A stretch of 16,413 bases of DNA from Myxococcota bacterium (lineage in GTDB: Bacteria > Myxococcota > JACRCW01), in NCBI GenBank assembly GCA_040752415.1, contig JBFMGU010000239.1, positions 1 through 16,413 on the forward strand. Reading direction: 5' to 3'. The notes beneath the pieces were generated by a model. That model did no database searches and was not told the DNA's origin. It was given only the letters and a program-made list of their open reading frames with translations. Made by a program: the position numbers and the translations under genes. Positions 6,014 through 16,274 of the stretch are shown here, piece after piece (the stretch's first letter is position 1; every line of letters begins with the position of its first letter).

Positions 6014-8215
6014 TCACGAGCCGTTTCCCGTCGGGCGGGGGCAGCGAAGGACCTCCACCAGCGGCACATCCCGCACCGTCACCCGGTGCACCCGCGGACA
6101 ATCCGGCGCCTTCTCCATCTGGTAACGGAAGTTGTTGACGACGACATAATCCGCGGGCGCTTCGCGCACCTGCACCAGGTCGTCGCGCAGGCGCGCGCGG
6201 GTGCCGGCAGGATCCACACGCATGTCGACGACGGAACCGGGGGCGGCATGGACGTTGAGGTACGCCACCGCGTCGCCAATGCCTTCCCCCCACCACGCAA
6301 TCTCGAAGGTCCGCTTCTCCGCCACGCCCCTCGGCCCGCCCACGAGCTCACCGTAGTAGTCCAGCGGATACGGCTCGACGAGAACCAGCGCCACCGCGGT
6401 GTGCATCACCAACGCCACGCCCAGCACCGTCGCGCCCGCCGACCTGGCACGCTCCGTCAGTCCGCTCAGCCAGCGGTGCTCACCCGACGCCAACCACGCC
6501 ACCGGGAGGGAAGCCAGCACTCCCAACGCGGGCCACGCCTGGCTCACGTACCGCGCCATGTCCTGGCGGAACGTGGTGATACTGTGCACGAAGGGGAGCA
6601 GGAACGCCGCCACCAGCACCAGCGTGGGCCGCCGCCACGTCGGTGAGCGCAATCCCACCACCGCGCCCACCCCGCCCGCGACGAGAACGGGCACCGGCGT
6701 CATGGCCAGGAAGCTGGTCAGGAAATAGAGCGGGCCGGGTGGTCTTGCTTCCTTACCGAAGTACCACTCCGTCGGAAAACCGCCGCGCCAGTGACCCGCG
6801 GTCTTGCTGAGATTCGCCAGCGGACTGTCCCAGAGCCACATCCACAGCGCCGCCACGACGAGCAACGCGCAGCCCACACCGGCCACACCCGCCAGGGGAA
6901 CGGGAAGCCATCCCCGGCGGAGCACATCGCGCGCGGCATACAGGTACGCGCCGAACACCAAGGGCATCAGCCACAGACCCGTCAGGCGGCTGGCCATCCC
7001 AAGAATCGCCAGCGCCACGACGAGAAACGCGGCCACGCTGTTGCCACCCGGCCGCTCCGGGTCCATTCGCCACGAGATGCTCCGCAGCCAGATGAGCAGC
7101 GCCAGCACCGACCCTGTCCAGAAGAACAGCACCGCGGACTCCAGGCCGCTCAGCCGACCATGCGCCACGAGATGCGGCAGGAACGCGAGGACGGCTGCGC
7201 TGATCAGCGCCGCGCGTCGACCGAAGGAGAGGAGCGCGAACGCGAAGGCGAACACCACCATGAACGCATTGAGGCCCGCGGACCAGTAGCGCGCACCGTC
7301 GTGGCCACCGAGGAGCGAGCCCACGCCATAGAACCACTTCGCCAGCGGAGGATGCTCCTTGTTGAAGCGGTAGGACTCCGACGTGAAATCCCCGAGCATC
7401 ACGTTGCGCACGTAGTGCTCACCCGCGCCCCAGTAGAACCCCTCGTCCCAGGTCACATCCTGCTGCGGGATGGCATACGCGCGCACCCCGAACGCCACCA
7501 GGAAACACGCCACGCCCAGGCCCACGTCAATGCCCGCAAGCTCCAGCGGTTGCCGCGCACGCATGGCGCGGAGCGCGCGCAGGAAGATCCACGTCGCCAC
7601 TCCCGCGAGCGAAAGCAGGAAGAACCCGACGAGCGACGACGTGGAATCACGCGAGAAGGAGCGACCATCCGCCAGCGCCGCCTCCGCGTCCTCGCGCGCC
7701 AGGAAGAAGCGGTTGGTCTCCAGCGGCAACGCGCCCTGCATGTGGGGATCCAGGTGGTCATGCGCGAAGAGCCGGAGGAACGCCCAGCCTTCTCCCTGCT
7801 CGAAGTTCACGCGGAACTCGTGGACGCCACGCTCCAACGTCACCTTGCCGAACGTGGTGATGCGTGAGTGCGGGAACGGCGCATCCAGCACGCGCGTGCC
7901 ATCCACCGTGACGGAGCCGCCGTCGTCGACGTCCAGCTCCAGCTCCAGCTCCATGCGGCGGTCGGCGACCATGTACGCGGTAAAGCTGGCGCAGAACGGC
8001 TCGCTGCGCAGGAGGTTCACATACGGTTCTCTCGACGTGCCGGCGGGGACCGAAGGCTCCGCGCAATCCAGGATGCCCACGCTGCGACGCACCGTGAATC
8101 CCGTGCCCGGCGCGGGCTGCGCAGCCATCACCAGCAGGGCCACCAAACCCAGCAGCGACGTCGTCGCCACCAACGCTGACAGGACCGCGGCGCGGCGGGG
8201 ATGGTTCACAACCAT
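6014..8215 (-). CDS. Polytopic GT-C glycosyltransferase (GT39/PMT_2/ArnT-like) with an N-terminal PA14-like domain
   Basis: PA14-like LDVDDGGSVTVDG...LERGVHEFRVNFEQGEGWAFL; GT-C motifs TWDEGFY and NKEHPPLAKW; many TM segments; C-terminal YPLDYYGELVGG..WWG. Confidence 0.88.
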   Translation of the reverse strand: MVVNHPRRAAVLSALVATTSLLGLVALLVMAAQPAPGTGFTVRRSVGILDCAEPSVPAGTSREPYVNLLRSEPFCASFTAYMVADRRMELELELDVDDGGSVTVDGTRVLDAPFPHSRITTFGKVTLERGVHEFRVNFEQGEGWAFLRLFAHDHLDPHMQGALPLETNRFFLAREDAEAALADGRSFSRDSTSSLVGFFLLSLAGVATWIFLRALRAMRARQPLELAGIDVGLGVACFLVAFGVRAYAIPQQDVTWDEGFYWGAGEHYVRNVMLGDFTSESYRFNKEHPPLAKWFYGVGSLLGGHDGARYWSAGLNAFMVVFAFAFALLSFGRRAALISAAVLAFLPHLVAHGRLSGLESAVLFFWTGSVLALLIWLRSISWRMDPERPGGNSVAAFLVVALAILGMASRLTGLWLMPLVFGAYLYAARDVLRRGWLPVPLAGVAGVGCALLVVAALWMWLWDSPLANLSKTAGHWRGGFPTEWYFGKEARPPGPLYFLTSFLAMTPVPVLVAGGVGAVVGLRSPTWRRPTLVLVAAFLLPFVHSITTFRQDMARYVSQAWPALGVLASLPVAWLASGEHRWLSGLTERARSAGATVLGVALVMHTAVALVLVEPYPLDYYGELVGGPRGVAEKRTFEIAWWGEGIGDAVAYLNVHAAPGSVVDMRVDPAGTRARLRDDLVQVREAPADYVVVNNFRYQMEKAPDCPRVHRVTVRDVPLVEVLRCPRPTGNGS

Positions 8216-8267
8216 GCAGCAGAGGCGTTTACGTCAACGGCGTTCCCGGCGTCACCTGTCCACGTCG

Positions 8268-10121
8268 TCAGTCGCGACAGCACAACACGCCGCCCTTGTC
8301 GGAGCTGCCCACCGGGCTTCCGCTGTACGAGCACGAATTGCCCGCGCAGCCGTTCTTGGTGACCAGCGAACCTTCGTGCAGGTGGCTGTCCGCTCCGCCA
8401 AGGCACTGCCACGGACCCAGGTTGGGCTCCGCCTCGTTGTAACCGCAGCTGTTGGGTTGCGTGCTGGCCAGCGCGCGGTTCAGCGGTCCGCAGTTGCGCT
8501 CGGCGGTGAGCTGCACGCCCAGGTTGCCGCAGCCGAAGACGTCGTTGTCGTTGGTGGAGTCGTCGCAGGTGGTGTTGTTGGTGCTGTTCTGGGACACCGC
8601 GAAGAAGAGCGCCTTGTCCGGCGTGCCCGGCGGCACCGCGTCGTTGCAGCCCGAGGGTGCGTTGGCGGCCACCTCCGCCTTCCCGCGACAGACGTGCCAG
8701 CCCACGGCGCACAGGTCGGCGGACGCGCAGCCGGTCCCCTCGACGTTGCTCCCGCTGTTCCCCGCCGCGCGAGCGCACTGCGGCGCGGGGTTGCTCAACG
8801 TGACGCCGGGAACCGACCACGCCCCGGAGCACCCCGCGATGGCGGGATACGTGCTCTGTGAGAGGAAGCCCTCGCGCGTCCCGTCGGCGCAGCCCACCGG
8901 GTCCGCCACCACCGGCGTCTCACAGTTGCCGCTGCGACACACCTTGTCCGCCCCGCATGGCGTCCCTTCGGGAGACACGTCCACCACCGGTGTTCCCGAC
9001 TCACACCCGGAGATGGTGCGACACAGCCCCGCCGTGGCCACGGTATTCTCCGTCGGGCTCGTGCACACCGCGCTGTTGGGCGCCACGCACTCTCCGGCGT
9101 CGGTGCAGCGGTTGCTCGTGACGTCGGCGTAGTCGATCAACACGCACGTGGACTCTCCCTCGGCGGTGTTCTGTCCTCGGAGCTCGTGACGGTCCAGCCC
9201 GTCGCAGTCGATGGTGCCGCAGCGCGCGTCGTCGTCGGCAACCACCTCCACGTCGGAGACGCACTCGTGACAGAGGGCCACGGCCTGCGGGTCACATCCC
9301 GGCGGAGGCACACATTCCCCGGAGACGCAGACGTTTCCGCCGCCACAGTCGGTACCATCCGGCATGCGGACCACCACGGGATTGCCGGTCTCACAGCCCT
9401 CGAGAACGTGGCACACGCCCGCGGTGGCCAACGTCACTTCCGACGACGTGCACAGCTCGGAATTGGGCCCCACGCATTCACCCCGCGTCACGCAGCGGTT
9501 GGCGGTGAGGTCCCCGAAGTCAATGTGGATGCACTGCGCGGTTCCCACGGCGGTGTTCTCGCCGCGCAGCTCGTAGCGGTCCAGGCCGTCGCAATCCACC
9601 TCGCCGCAGCGCGCGTCGTCGGTGAGCTCGCGGTCAAAGCCGTCACGACACTCCGAGCAGATGGGCATGTCCAGCGGCTCGTCGACACGGCCGTCGGAGT
9701 CATTGTCCAGGCCGTCACAGACCTCGGCGGTGATGGGCACGCCGCCGGCCAGATCCACGCGCACCTCGGTGGTTTCCGTGGAGCGGATGAGGACGTCGCT
9801 GACCCACACCGCCGTGATGGGCGCGCCACGATCATCCCGCGCCAGCACACGCACCTCCCAGTTGCCGGCCTCCAGCTCCTCGATCACCACCACCGTCTCC
9901 GGTCGCGCGGTCAGCTCCGTCTGGTCCTTCTTCACCGTCTCCGACTGCGCCGTGACCTGGATGGCGGGCGCGTTGGAAGGCGCGTTCACCACCGTCACGC
10001 GCAGGGTGCCCGTGGTGGAGGTGAGCTGTTCCTCACAGGAGCAGTTGGCGCCGGCGAGAAGCGCACCGACGAGAAGCGAAGCAAGCAGGTGGCGGGTGCG
10101 AGGAGCTGCGGGGTGGAGCAT
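8268..10121 (-). CDS. Cys-rich secreted/lipoprotein with a MopE-like motif and duplicated Cys-rich domains
   Basis: Start moved to ATG 10121 (GGAG RBS; signal LLASLLVGALLAGANCSC). EVCDGLDNDSDGRVDE motif; two ~116-aa repeats; C-terminal GCADGTREGF...LCAVGWHVC...GGVLCC domain. Confidence 0.85.
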   Translation of the reverse strand: MLHPAAPRTRHLLASLLVGALLAGANCSCEEQLTSTTGTLRVTVVNAPSNAPAIQVTAQSETVKKDQTELTARPETVVVIEELEAGNWEVRVLARDDRGAPITAVWVSDVLIRSTETTEVRVDLAGGVPITAEVCDGLDNDSDGRVDEPLDMPICSECRDGFDRELTDDARCGEVDCDGLDRYELRGENTAVGTAQCIHIDFGDLTANRCVTRGECVGPNSELCTSSEVTLATAGVCHVLEGCETGNPVVVRMPDGTDCGGGNVCVSGECVPPPGCDPQAVALCHECVSDVEVVADDDARCGTIDCDGLDRHELRGQNTAEGESTCVLIDYADVTSNRCTDAGECVAPNSAVCTSPTENTVATAGLCRTISGCESGTPVVDVSPEGTPCGADKVCRSGNCETPVVADPVGCADGTREGFLSQSTYPAIAGCSGAWSVPGVTLSNPAPQCARAAGNSGSNVEGTGCASADLCAVGWHVCRGKAEVAANAPSGCNDAVPPGTPDKALFFAVSQNSTNNTTCDDSTNDNDVFGCGNLGVQLTAERNCGPLNRALASTQPNSCGYNEAEPNLGPWQCLGGADSHLHEGSLVTKNGCAGNSCSYSGSPVGSSDKGGVLCCRD

Positions 10122-10363
10122 GACCGTTCTCCGTCGGGGAGTTTGAAGCGCGCGGACCCCACCACGCTGCGCCCGCCCGGTCAACGCACCGCCGACCGAT
10201 GAGCACGCGGGCTGACGGCCTGGACCATCTCCCGACGCAGCCCCTGCCAGCCGCGCCCCGACTGCTACCCGCGATGAGCAGCGGACCGGCGGTGATGCGC
10301 GCACGCAGCACCCACGCCACCGGGAATCCCCCGTCTTTCCGCGGAACTCCCGCCTTCGCGCGC

Positions 10364-10379
10364 TGGCACTCCCATTGCT
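10364..10379 (+). promoter_or_regulatory. Sigma54 (RpoN) -24/-12 promoter
   Basis: TGGCAC-TCCCA-TTGCT fits the TGGCAC-N5-TTGCW consensus; predicted +1 near 10390, GGAGG RBS at 10401, ATG at 10411. Confidence 0.8.
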
Positions 10380-10410
10380 CCGTCACCGCCGCGTGACCAT
10401 GGAGGCGACC

Positions 10411-12327
10411 ATGAAGCGGAACTGGAAATCCACGAAGCGTCTGTTGATGGCGGGAATCCTGATGGAGCTCTTGTTCGGCTGTCCCATGCGGCCGGACGTC
10501 CGCGCCGACCTGGAGGGCCTGACGGCGGAGAAGCTGGCGCGGTTTGGCACCGAGCAGGATTTCGATGACTACGTGAAGCGGATGACCGACGTCCGTCGTC
10601 GCTACTACTGGCAGGCGCCGCCCGCGGTGGGATGCGCTGACCAAGCCGCGCCCAGCGAGAGCGCCCAGGCCGACGGCGCCGCACCCGCCCAGGAATCCAT
10701 CACCAACAACCAGGAACAGGGCGTCGACGAGGGTGACATCGTCAAGGCGCACGGGGATTTCCTGGTGGTGCTCCGTCGGGGTCGCCTGTTCACGGTGCGC
10801 CTGGCGGACGCGGCGCAGCCCACGTTGTTGCCGGTGGACCGCATCAACGCGTTCCCGGAAGGCTTCACGCAGGGCACCTGGTACGACGAGATGCTCATCC
10901 ACGGGGACCGCGTCGTGGTCATTGGCTACAGCTACCAGGTGAGCGCCACCGAGCTGGGCCTCTTCCGCCTGGGCGACGACGGCACGCTCACCCACGAGGA
11001 CACCTACTTCCTCCGCTCCAACGACTATTACTCCTCGCGCAACTACGCGAGCCGTCTCGTCGAGGGGAAGCTCATCCTCTACATGCCCATCCCCATGTTC
11101 GGCGGCGGCGGGCTCCTCGGTGAGGGGGAGGAAGCGGTGCTGCCCTCGGTGAAGAAGTGGGTGCAGGGCAACGAGACCACGGAGTGGAACCAGATCCTCA
11201 ACAAGGTGGAGGTGTTCCGTCCCGTGCAGCGCACCGTCGAACCGGTGTTGCACACCGTGGTGCAGTGCGACCTGGAGCAGGAGGAGCCGCAGTGCACCGC
11301 GCGCGCCGTGCTGGGACCGTACGCGCGCAGCTTCTACGTCTCGGGCGAGGCGGTCTACGTCTGGGTGGGCCCCGCCTACGAGGATGACGACGGCAAGGGC
11401 CCGTCCTTCCTGTACCGCATGCCACTCCGGGGCGGGGACGTGACCGCGGCCCGGGTGCACGCCATGCCGATTGACCAGTTCTCCTTCAAGGAGGACGCGG
11501 ATGGCTTCATCAACGTGCTGCTCTCGGATGTGGGCGGTGGCGACGAGATGTGGAACCCGGAGATCAACGCGGGCGACATGGCGCTGCTGCGCGCCCCGCT
11601 CTCCGAGCTGAATGCCGACCTGCCCGAGCTCTCCGACGAGCGCTACACCAAGGTCCCCTCCGCCGGCAGCGCGTACTCGCGTCAGAACCGCTTCGTGGGC
11701 AACCACGTGCTGTGGGGCAGCGGCGGCGGGTGGTTTGCCACGGGAGAGGGCGCGGAGCGTCGCGTGTTCGTCACCGAGTACAGCAACGCGGGCAGTGTGC
11801 GGGAGGTGCCGCTGAGCCACGGCGTGGATCGCATCGAGGTGCTGGGTGACGCGGCCATGGTGGTGGGCGTGGGCGACGACGCGCTGCGGTTCAGCGCCAT
11901 CAGCCTGGGAGAGACGCCCGCGGTGGTGAGCACGTTCTCCAAGGAGGGCGCGCGGCAGGGTGAGACCCGCAGCCACGGCTTCTTCTTCAAGCCCGACGGC
12001 ACCGGTGGCGGCATCCTGGGCCTGCCCGCGCGCCTCGACGGAGAGGCCTACCGGCACCTCACGCACGGCTCCGCGGAAGTGGTGTTCCTGAAGGTCACGC
12101 CCGCCTTGCAGCTGGTGAACCTGGGCAGCCTGGTGGCCGCCAACACGCAGCAACCCGACGACGAGTGCACGGCGTCCTGCGTGGACTGGTACGGCAACGC
12201 GCGTCCCATCTTCCTGGGCGGCCGCATCTACGCGCTGCTGGGCTACGAGCTGGTGGAGGGCGACCTGCGTGACGACGCCATGCGCGAGATCGACCGCGCC
12301 GACTTCCTGGCGGTCACCGCGGAATGA
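10411..12327 (+). CDS. Beta-propeller domain lipoprotein (Beta_propel/PF09826-like)
   Basis: Signature SITNNQEQGVDEGDIVK, LRSNDYYSSRNYASRL, C-terminal CVDWYGNARPIF; lipobox LFGC; GGAGG RBS before ATG 10411. Confidence 0.88.
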   Translation: MKRNWKSTKRLLMAGILMELLFGCPMRPDVRADLEGLTAEKLARFGTEQDFDDYVKRMTDVRRRYYWQAPPAVGCADQAAPSESAQADGAAPAQESITNNQEQGVDEGDIVKAHGDFLVVLRRGRLFTVRLADAAQPTLLPVDRINAFPEGFTQGTWYDEMLIHGDRVVVIGYSYQVSATELGLFRLGDDGTLTHEDTYFLRSNDYYSSRNYASRLVEGKLILYMPIPMFGGGGLLGEGEEAVLPSVKKWVQGNETTEWNQILNKVEVFRPVQRTVEPVLHTVVQCDLEQEEPQCTARAVLGPYARSFYVSGEAVYVWVGPAYEDDDGKGPSFLYRMPLRGGDVTAARVHAMPIDQFSFKEDADGFINVLLSDVGGGDEMWNPEINAGDMALLRAPLSELNADLPELSDERYTKVPSAGSAYSRQNRFVGNHVLWGSGGGWFATGEGAERRVFVTEYSNAGSVREVPLSHGVDRIEVLGDAAMVVGVGDDALRFSAISLGETPAVVSTFSKEGARQGETRSHGFFFKPDGTGGGILGLPARLDGEAYRHLTHGSAEVVFLKVTPALQLVNLGSLVAANTQQPDDECTASCVDWYGNARPIFLGGRIYALLGYELVEGDLRDDAMREIDRADFLAVTAE

Positions 12328-12339
12328 GGACGGAGACGG

Positions 12340-13800
<1,461 letters not shown>

Positions 13801-13887
13801 TGCGCGCGCCATCCTGCCCGTGAGCTGGAGCGCAGGCAAGACCGGGCCTCCACTGGCGGGCATGCGCCGCGTGCTAGGCTGGCGCCC

Positions 13888-14952
13888 ATGGAGCTGCGTG
13901 CACCGCCGGAGGGATTTGCGCTGGGGCTGGGCCTCACCAATGAGTGCGACCTGGCCTGCGGCCATTGCTACCGCGACCCCACCCGCCTGGACCGCCTCTC
14001 CCTCGACGACGTCCGCAGGGTCCTGGACGCGGTGCCGGTGCGGAGCGTGAACCTGGGCACGGGAGAGAACGGGCTGCACCCGCAGTACGCAGAGATCCTC
14101 GACGAGCTGCACGCGCGCAACATCAAGGTCAGCATCACCTCCAACGGCTACAGCATCGCGAAGCTCAGCGACGCACAGCTGGCCCGCTTCACGGAGATCG
14201 AGGTCTCGGTGGACTTTCCCACGGAGGCGGAGCAGGACCGCTGGCGCGCGCCCGGCAACTGGGCCCTGTGCATGCGTGCCCTGGAGCGCGCCCGCGCGCT
14301 GAATGTCCGCGCCGCCGTGATCTCCGTGATGATGCGCACCAACCACCGCGTGCTGGCGCAGGTGGCGCACGTGGCGGCGGCGCACGGCGCAAGCTTCCGC
14401 GTCAACGTCTACCAATCCGTGCGCGGCGACACCTACGCGCTCACCTACGACGAGTTCTGGACCGCATGGCGCCTCCTCCTCGCCGAGACGCAGCTGGTGG
14501 TGTGCACGGAGCCGGTGGTGAACGCGGTGCTGGGCCGGTCGGGGCCGGCGTGTCGCTCGGGCTGCGGGCGGACCACGGTGCGCGTCACACCGCGCGGTGA
14601 GGTGCTGCCCTGCGTGTACTGGCCGGAGCGCACCCTCTCCGTCGAGGAATTGCGTGGGCCCATCCTGGACTCTGAGCCGTTCCGGCACGTGCGCGAGGTG
14701 CCGGAGGCGTGTCGCGCGTGTCCCATGGTGGAGAGCTGCGCCGGCGGTTGCGCCAGCCGGAGGATGCTGCGCTCTCGCCCCCAGGAGCCCGACGAGTACT
14801 GCCCGTTCGCGCGCGGCGAGAGCATCACCCTGCTCCACACGCCGGCGCCCACGCGGGAGGTCCTCAAGGCCTCCAGTGCCTGCACCACCGTGGTCCTGGG
14901 TGATGCGTCCCGCGCCAACCCCGCGCGGCGCATCCTCGACGAGCGGGCCTGA
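13888..14952 (+). CDS. Radical SAM protein with a C-terminal SPASM domain
   Basis: LTNECDLACGHCY (CX3CX2C), VNLGTGEN, ITSNG, VSVD; SPASM CRSGCG..VTPRGEVLPC, CRACPMVESCAGGC, DEYCP. Start moved to ATG 13888. Confidence 0.93.
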   Translation: MELRAPPEGFALGLGLTNECDLACGHCYRDPTRLDRLSLDDVRRVLDAVPVRSVNLGTGENGLHPQYAEILDELHARNIKVSITSNGYSIAKLSDAQLARFTEIEVSVDFPTEAEQDRWRAPGNWALCMRALERARALNVRAAVISVMMRTNHRVLAQVAHVAAAHGASFRVNVYQSVRGDTYALTYDEFWTAWRLLLAETQLVVCTEPVVNAVLGRSGPACRSGCGRTTVRVTPRGEVLPCVYWPERTLSVEELRGPILDSEPFRHVREVPEACRACPMVESCAGGCASRRMLRSRPQEPDEYCPFARGESITLLHTPAPTREVLKASSACTTVVLGDASRANPARRILDERA

Positions 14953-15044
14953 TCCCAACGCACGGGTGCCACCGCCGCGCGTGAAGACGTCACGGCCGTG
15001 GTGGTAAGGGTGTCCCGTCGTCGTCGGATGGGAGGCGTTGGGGC

Positions 15045-15530
15045 ATGGAGATGCTGCAGCGGGAGGACGGTGCGGAGTCGCACGCGATTGGGACCTGGCG
15101 AAACCTGGTGCTCTCACTGTGGCGCGTGACGCCCACGGTGGAACAGGTGGAGAAGCTGCGACGCGCGGTCAACACGGCGCTGGCACGCCACCCGAAGGGA
15201 ATGGGCCTGGTGGTGATTGCCCAGCTCCCCGCCAGCCCGCCCGCGGAGGATGCCCGCAAGAGCTTCATTGCGCTGACCGAGGAGGCACAGTCCGGCATGA
15301 AGGCCGCCGCGGTGGTGGCGGAAGGCAAGGGCTTTGGCGCCGCGGTGGTCCGCAGCGTGACGACGGGAGTGGTGCTGCTCGCGCGCTCCCGGGTGCCCAC
15401 GCGCGTGTTCGCGGAGAGTCCGGAGGCCAGCGCGTGGCTGAGCGACGAGCTGGGTCGCGCCCACGCGGGGTGCGGCAGCGCCACGGAGCTGGAAGCGGCG
15501 ATCCAGGCCCTGCGCGCCATCCGCTCGTGA
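15045..15530 (+). CDS. Hypothetical protein, myxobacterial STAS/SEC14-like family
   Basis: GGGAGG RBS; pattern W..TPT, PP.EDARK, AVVAEGKGFGAAVVRSV, PTRVF...EASAWL resembles this family (recognised by eye only). Confidence 0.65.
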   Translation: MEMLQREDGAESHAIGTWRNLVLSLWRVTPTVEQVEKLRRAVNTALARHPKGMGLVVIAQLPASPPAEDARKSFIALTEEAQSGMKAAAVVAEGKGFGAAVVRSVTTGVVLLARSRVPTRVFAESPEASAWLSDELGRAHAGCGSATELEAAIQALRAIRS

Positions 15531-15665
15531 CGGGGATTCCCGACAGAGCCCAAGAGGCAGGGGCGCCTCCGCGACGTCGCCAGGTGAGCACCACCTGCGT
15601 CACGCTCGGCTCGTGGTGACGACGACCTACGCTTCCTGCCCATGAGATTGGGTGCGGCTCTCCGC

Positions 15666-16185
15666 AGGTGGCCGGCAGTGGTCAGCCCGGGGCCGCGCTG
15701 TCATGACGACGGAGAACGCCCAGCGCCGCCATGGACCGCCTCATTCAACGCGACGGAGAAGGGACCAGCAATGTAGGGGCTGCCCGTTGCCGGTAACGCG
15801 TGACCGGTGGAAGTGGCCGGCAATGGTCAGCCCCGGGCCGCGCTGTCACCACGAAGGAAAACGGCACGCGATGCGACCGGCCCGACCGGTTCAACGCGAC
15901 AGAGGACCGGACAGCAATGTAGGGGCTGCCCGTTGCCGGTACCGCGTGAACGGTGGAAGTGGCCGGCAATGGTCAGCCCCGGGCCGCGCTGTCACCACGA
16001 CGGAAAACGGCACGCGATGCGACCGGCCCGACCGGTTCAACGCGACGGAGGACCGGACAGCAATGTAGGGGCTGCCCGTTGCCGGTACCGCGTGAACGGT
16101 GGAGGTGGCCGGCAATGGTCAGCCCCGGGCCGCGCTGTCATGACGACGGAAAACGGCACGCGATGCAACCGGCCCGGCCGGTTCA
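15666..16185 (+). repeat. Tandem array of ~3.6 146-bp units, each with a GTAG-led hairpin (REP/BIME-like)
   Basis: GTAGGGGCTGCCCGTTGCCGGT at 15773, 15919 and 16065 (period 146); each pairs with GCCGGCAATGGTCAGCCCC to give 59-nt hairpins at 15776-15834, 15922-15980 and 16068-16126. Confidence 0.92.
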
Positions 16186-16274
16186 TGGGCGACACTTGGG
16201 GCCCTCGTTTGTGTCGCTCGATCCGACTGACGAACCGCTGCCACCGCACAACGTCTTCACCGGTCGACGCAGCT

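Noticed and set aside
5446..6296. ORFs 5446..6138 (+), 5684..5977 (+) and 5709..6296 (-); the first and last share TTWSAAGPRRPGQR
   Set aside because: The shared peptide is a by-product of the 53-bp inverted repeat; the region is better explained as nested non-coding elements.
10122..10304. N-terminal extension of the Cys-rich lipoprotein ORF
   Set aside because: The RBS and signal peptide point to ATG 10121; the extension covers the divergent promoter region.
10033..12153. 706-aa minus-strand ORF
   Set aside because: Antisense shadow of the beta-propeller gene.
13813..15117. N-terminal half of the 925-aa minus-strand ORF
   Set aside because: Overlaps the radical SAM gene antisense; the real protein starts near the lipoprotein signal at about 13800.
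13801..15650. RiPP precursor peptide for the radical SAM enzyme
   Set aside because: No short ORF with a convincing RBS and leader/core pattern in the flanking gaps; no RRE, protease or transporter nearby.
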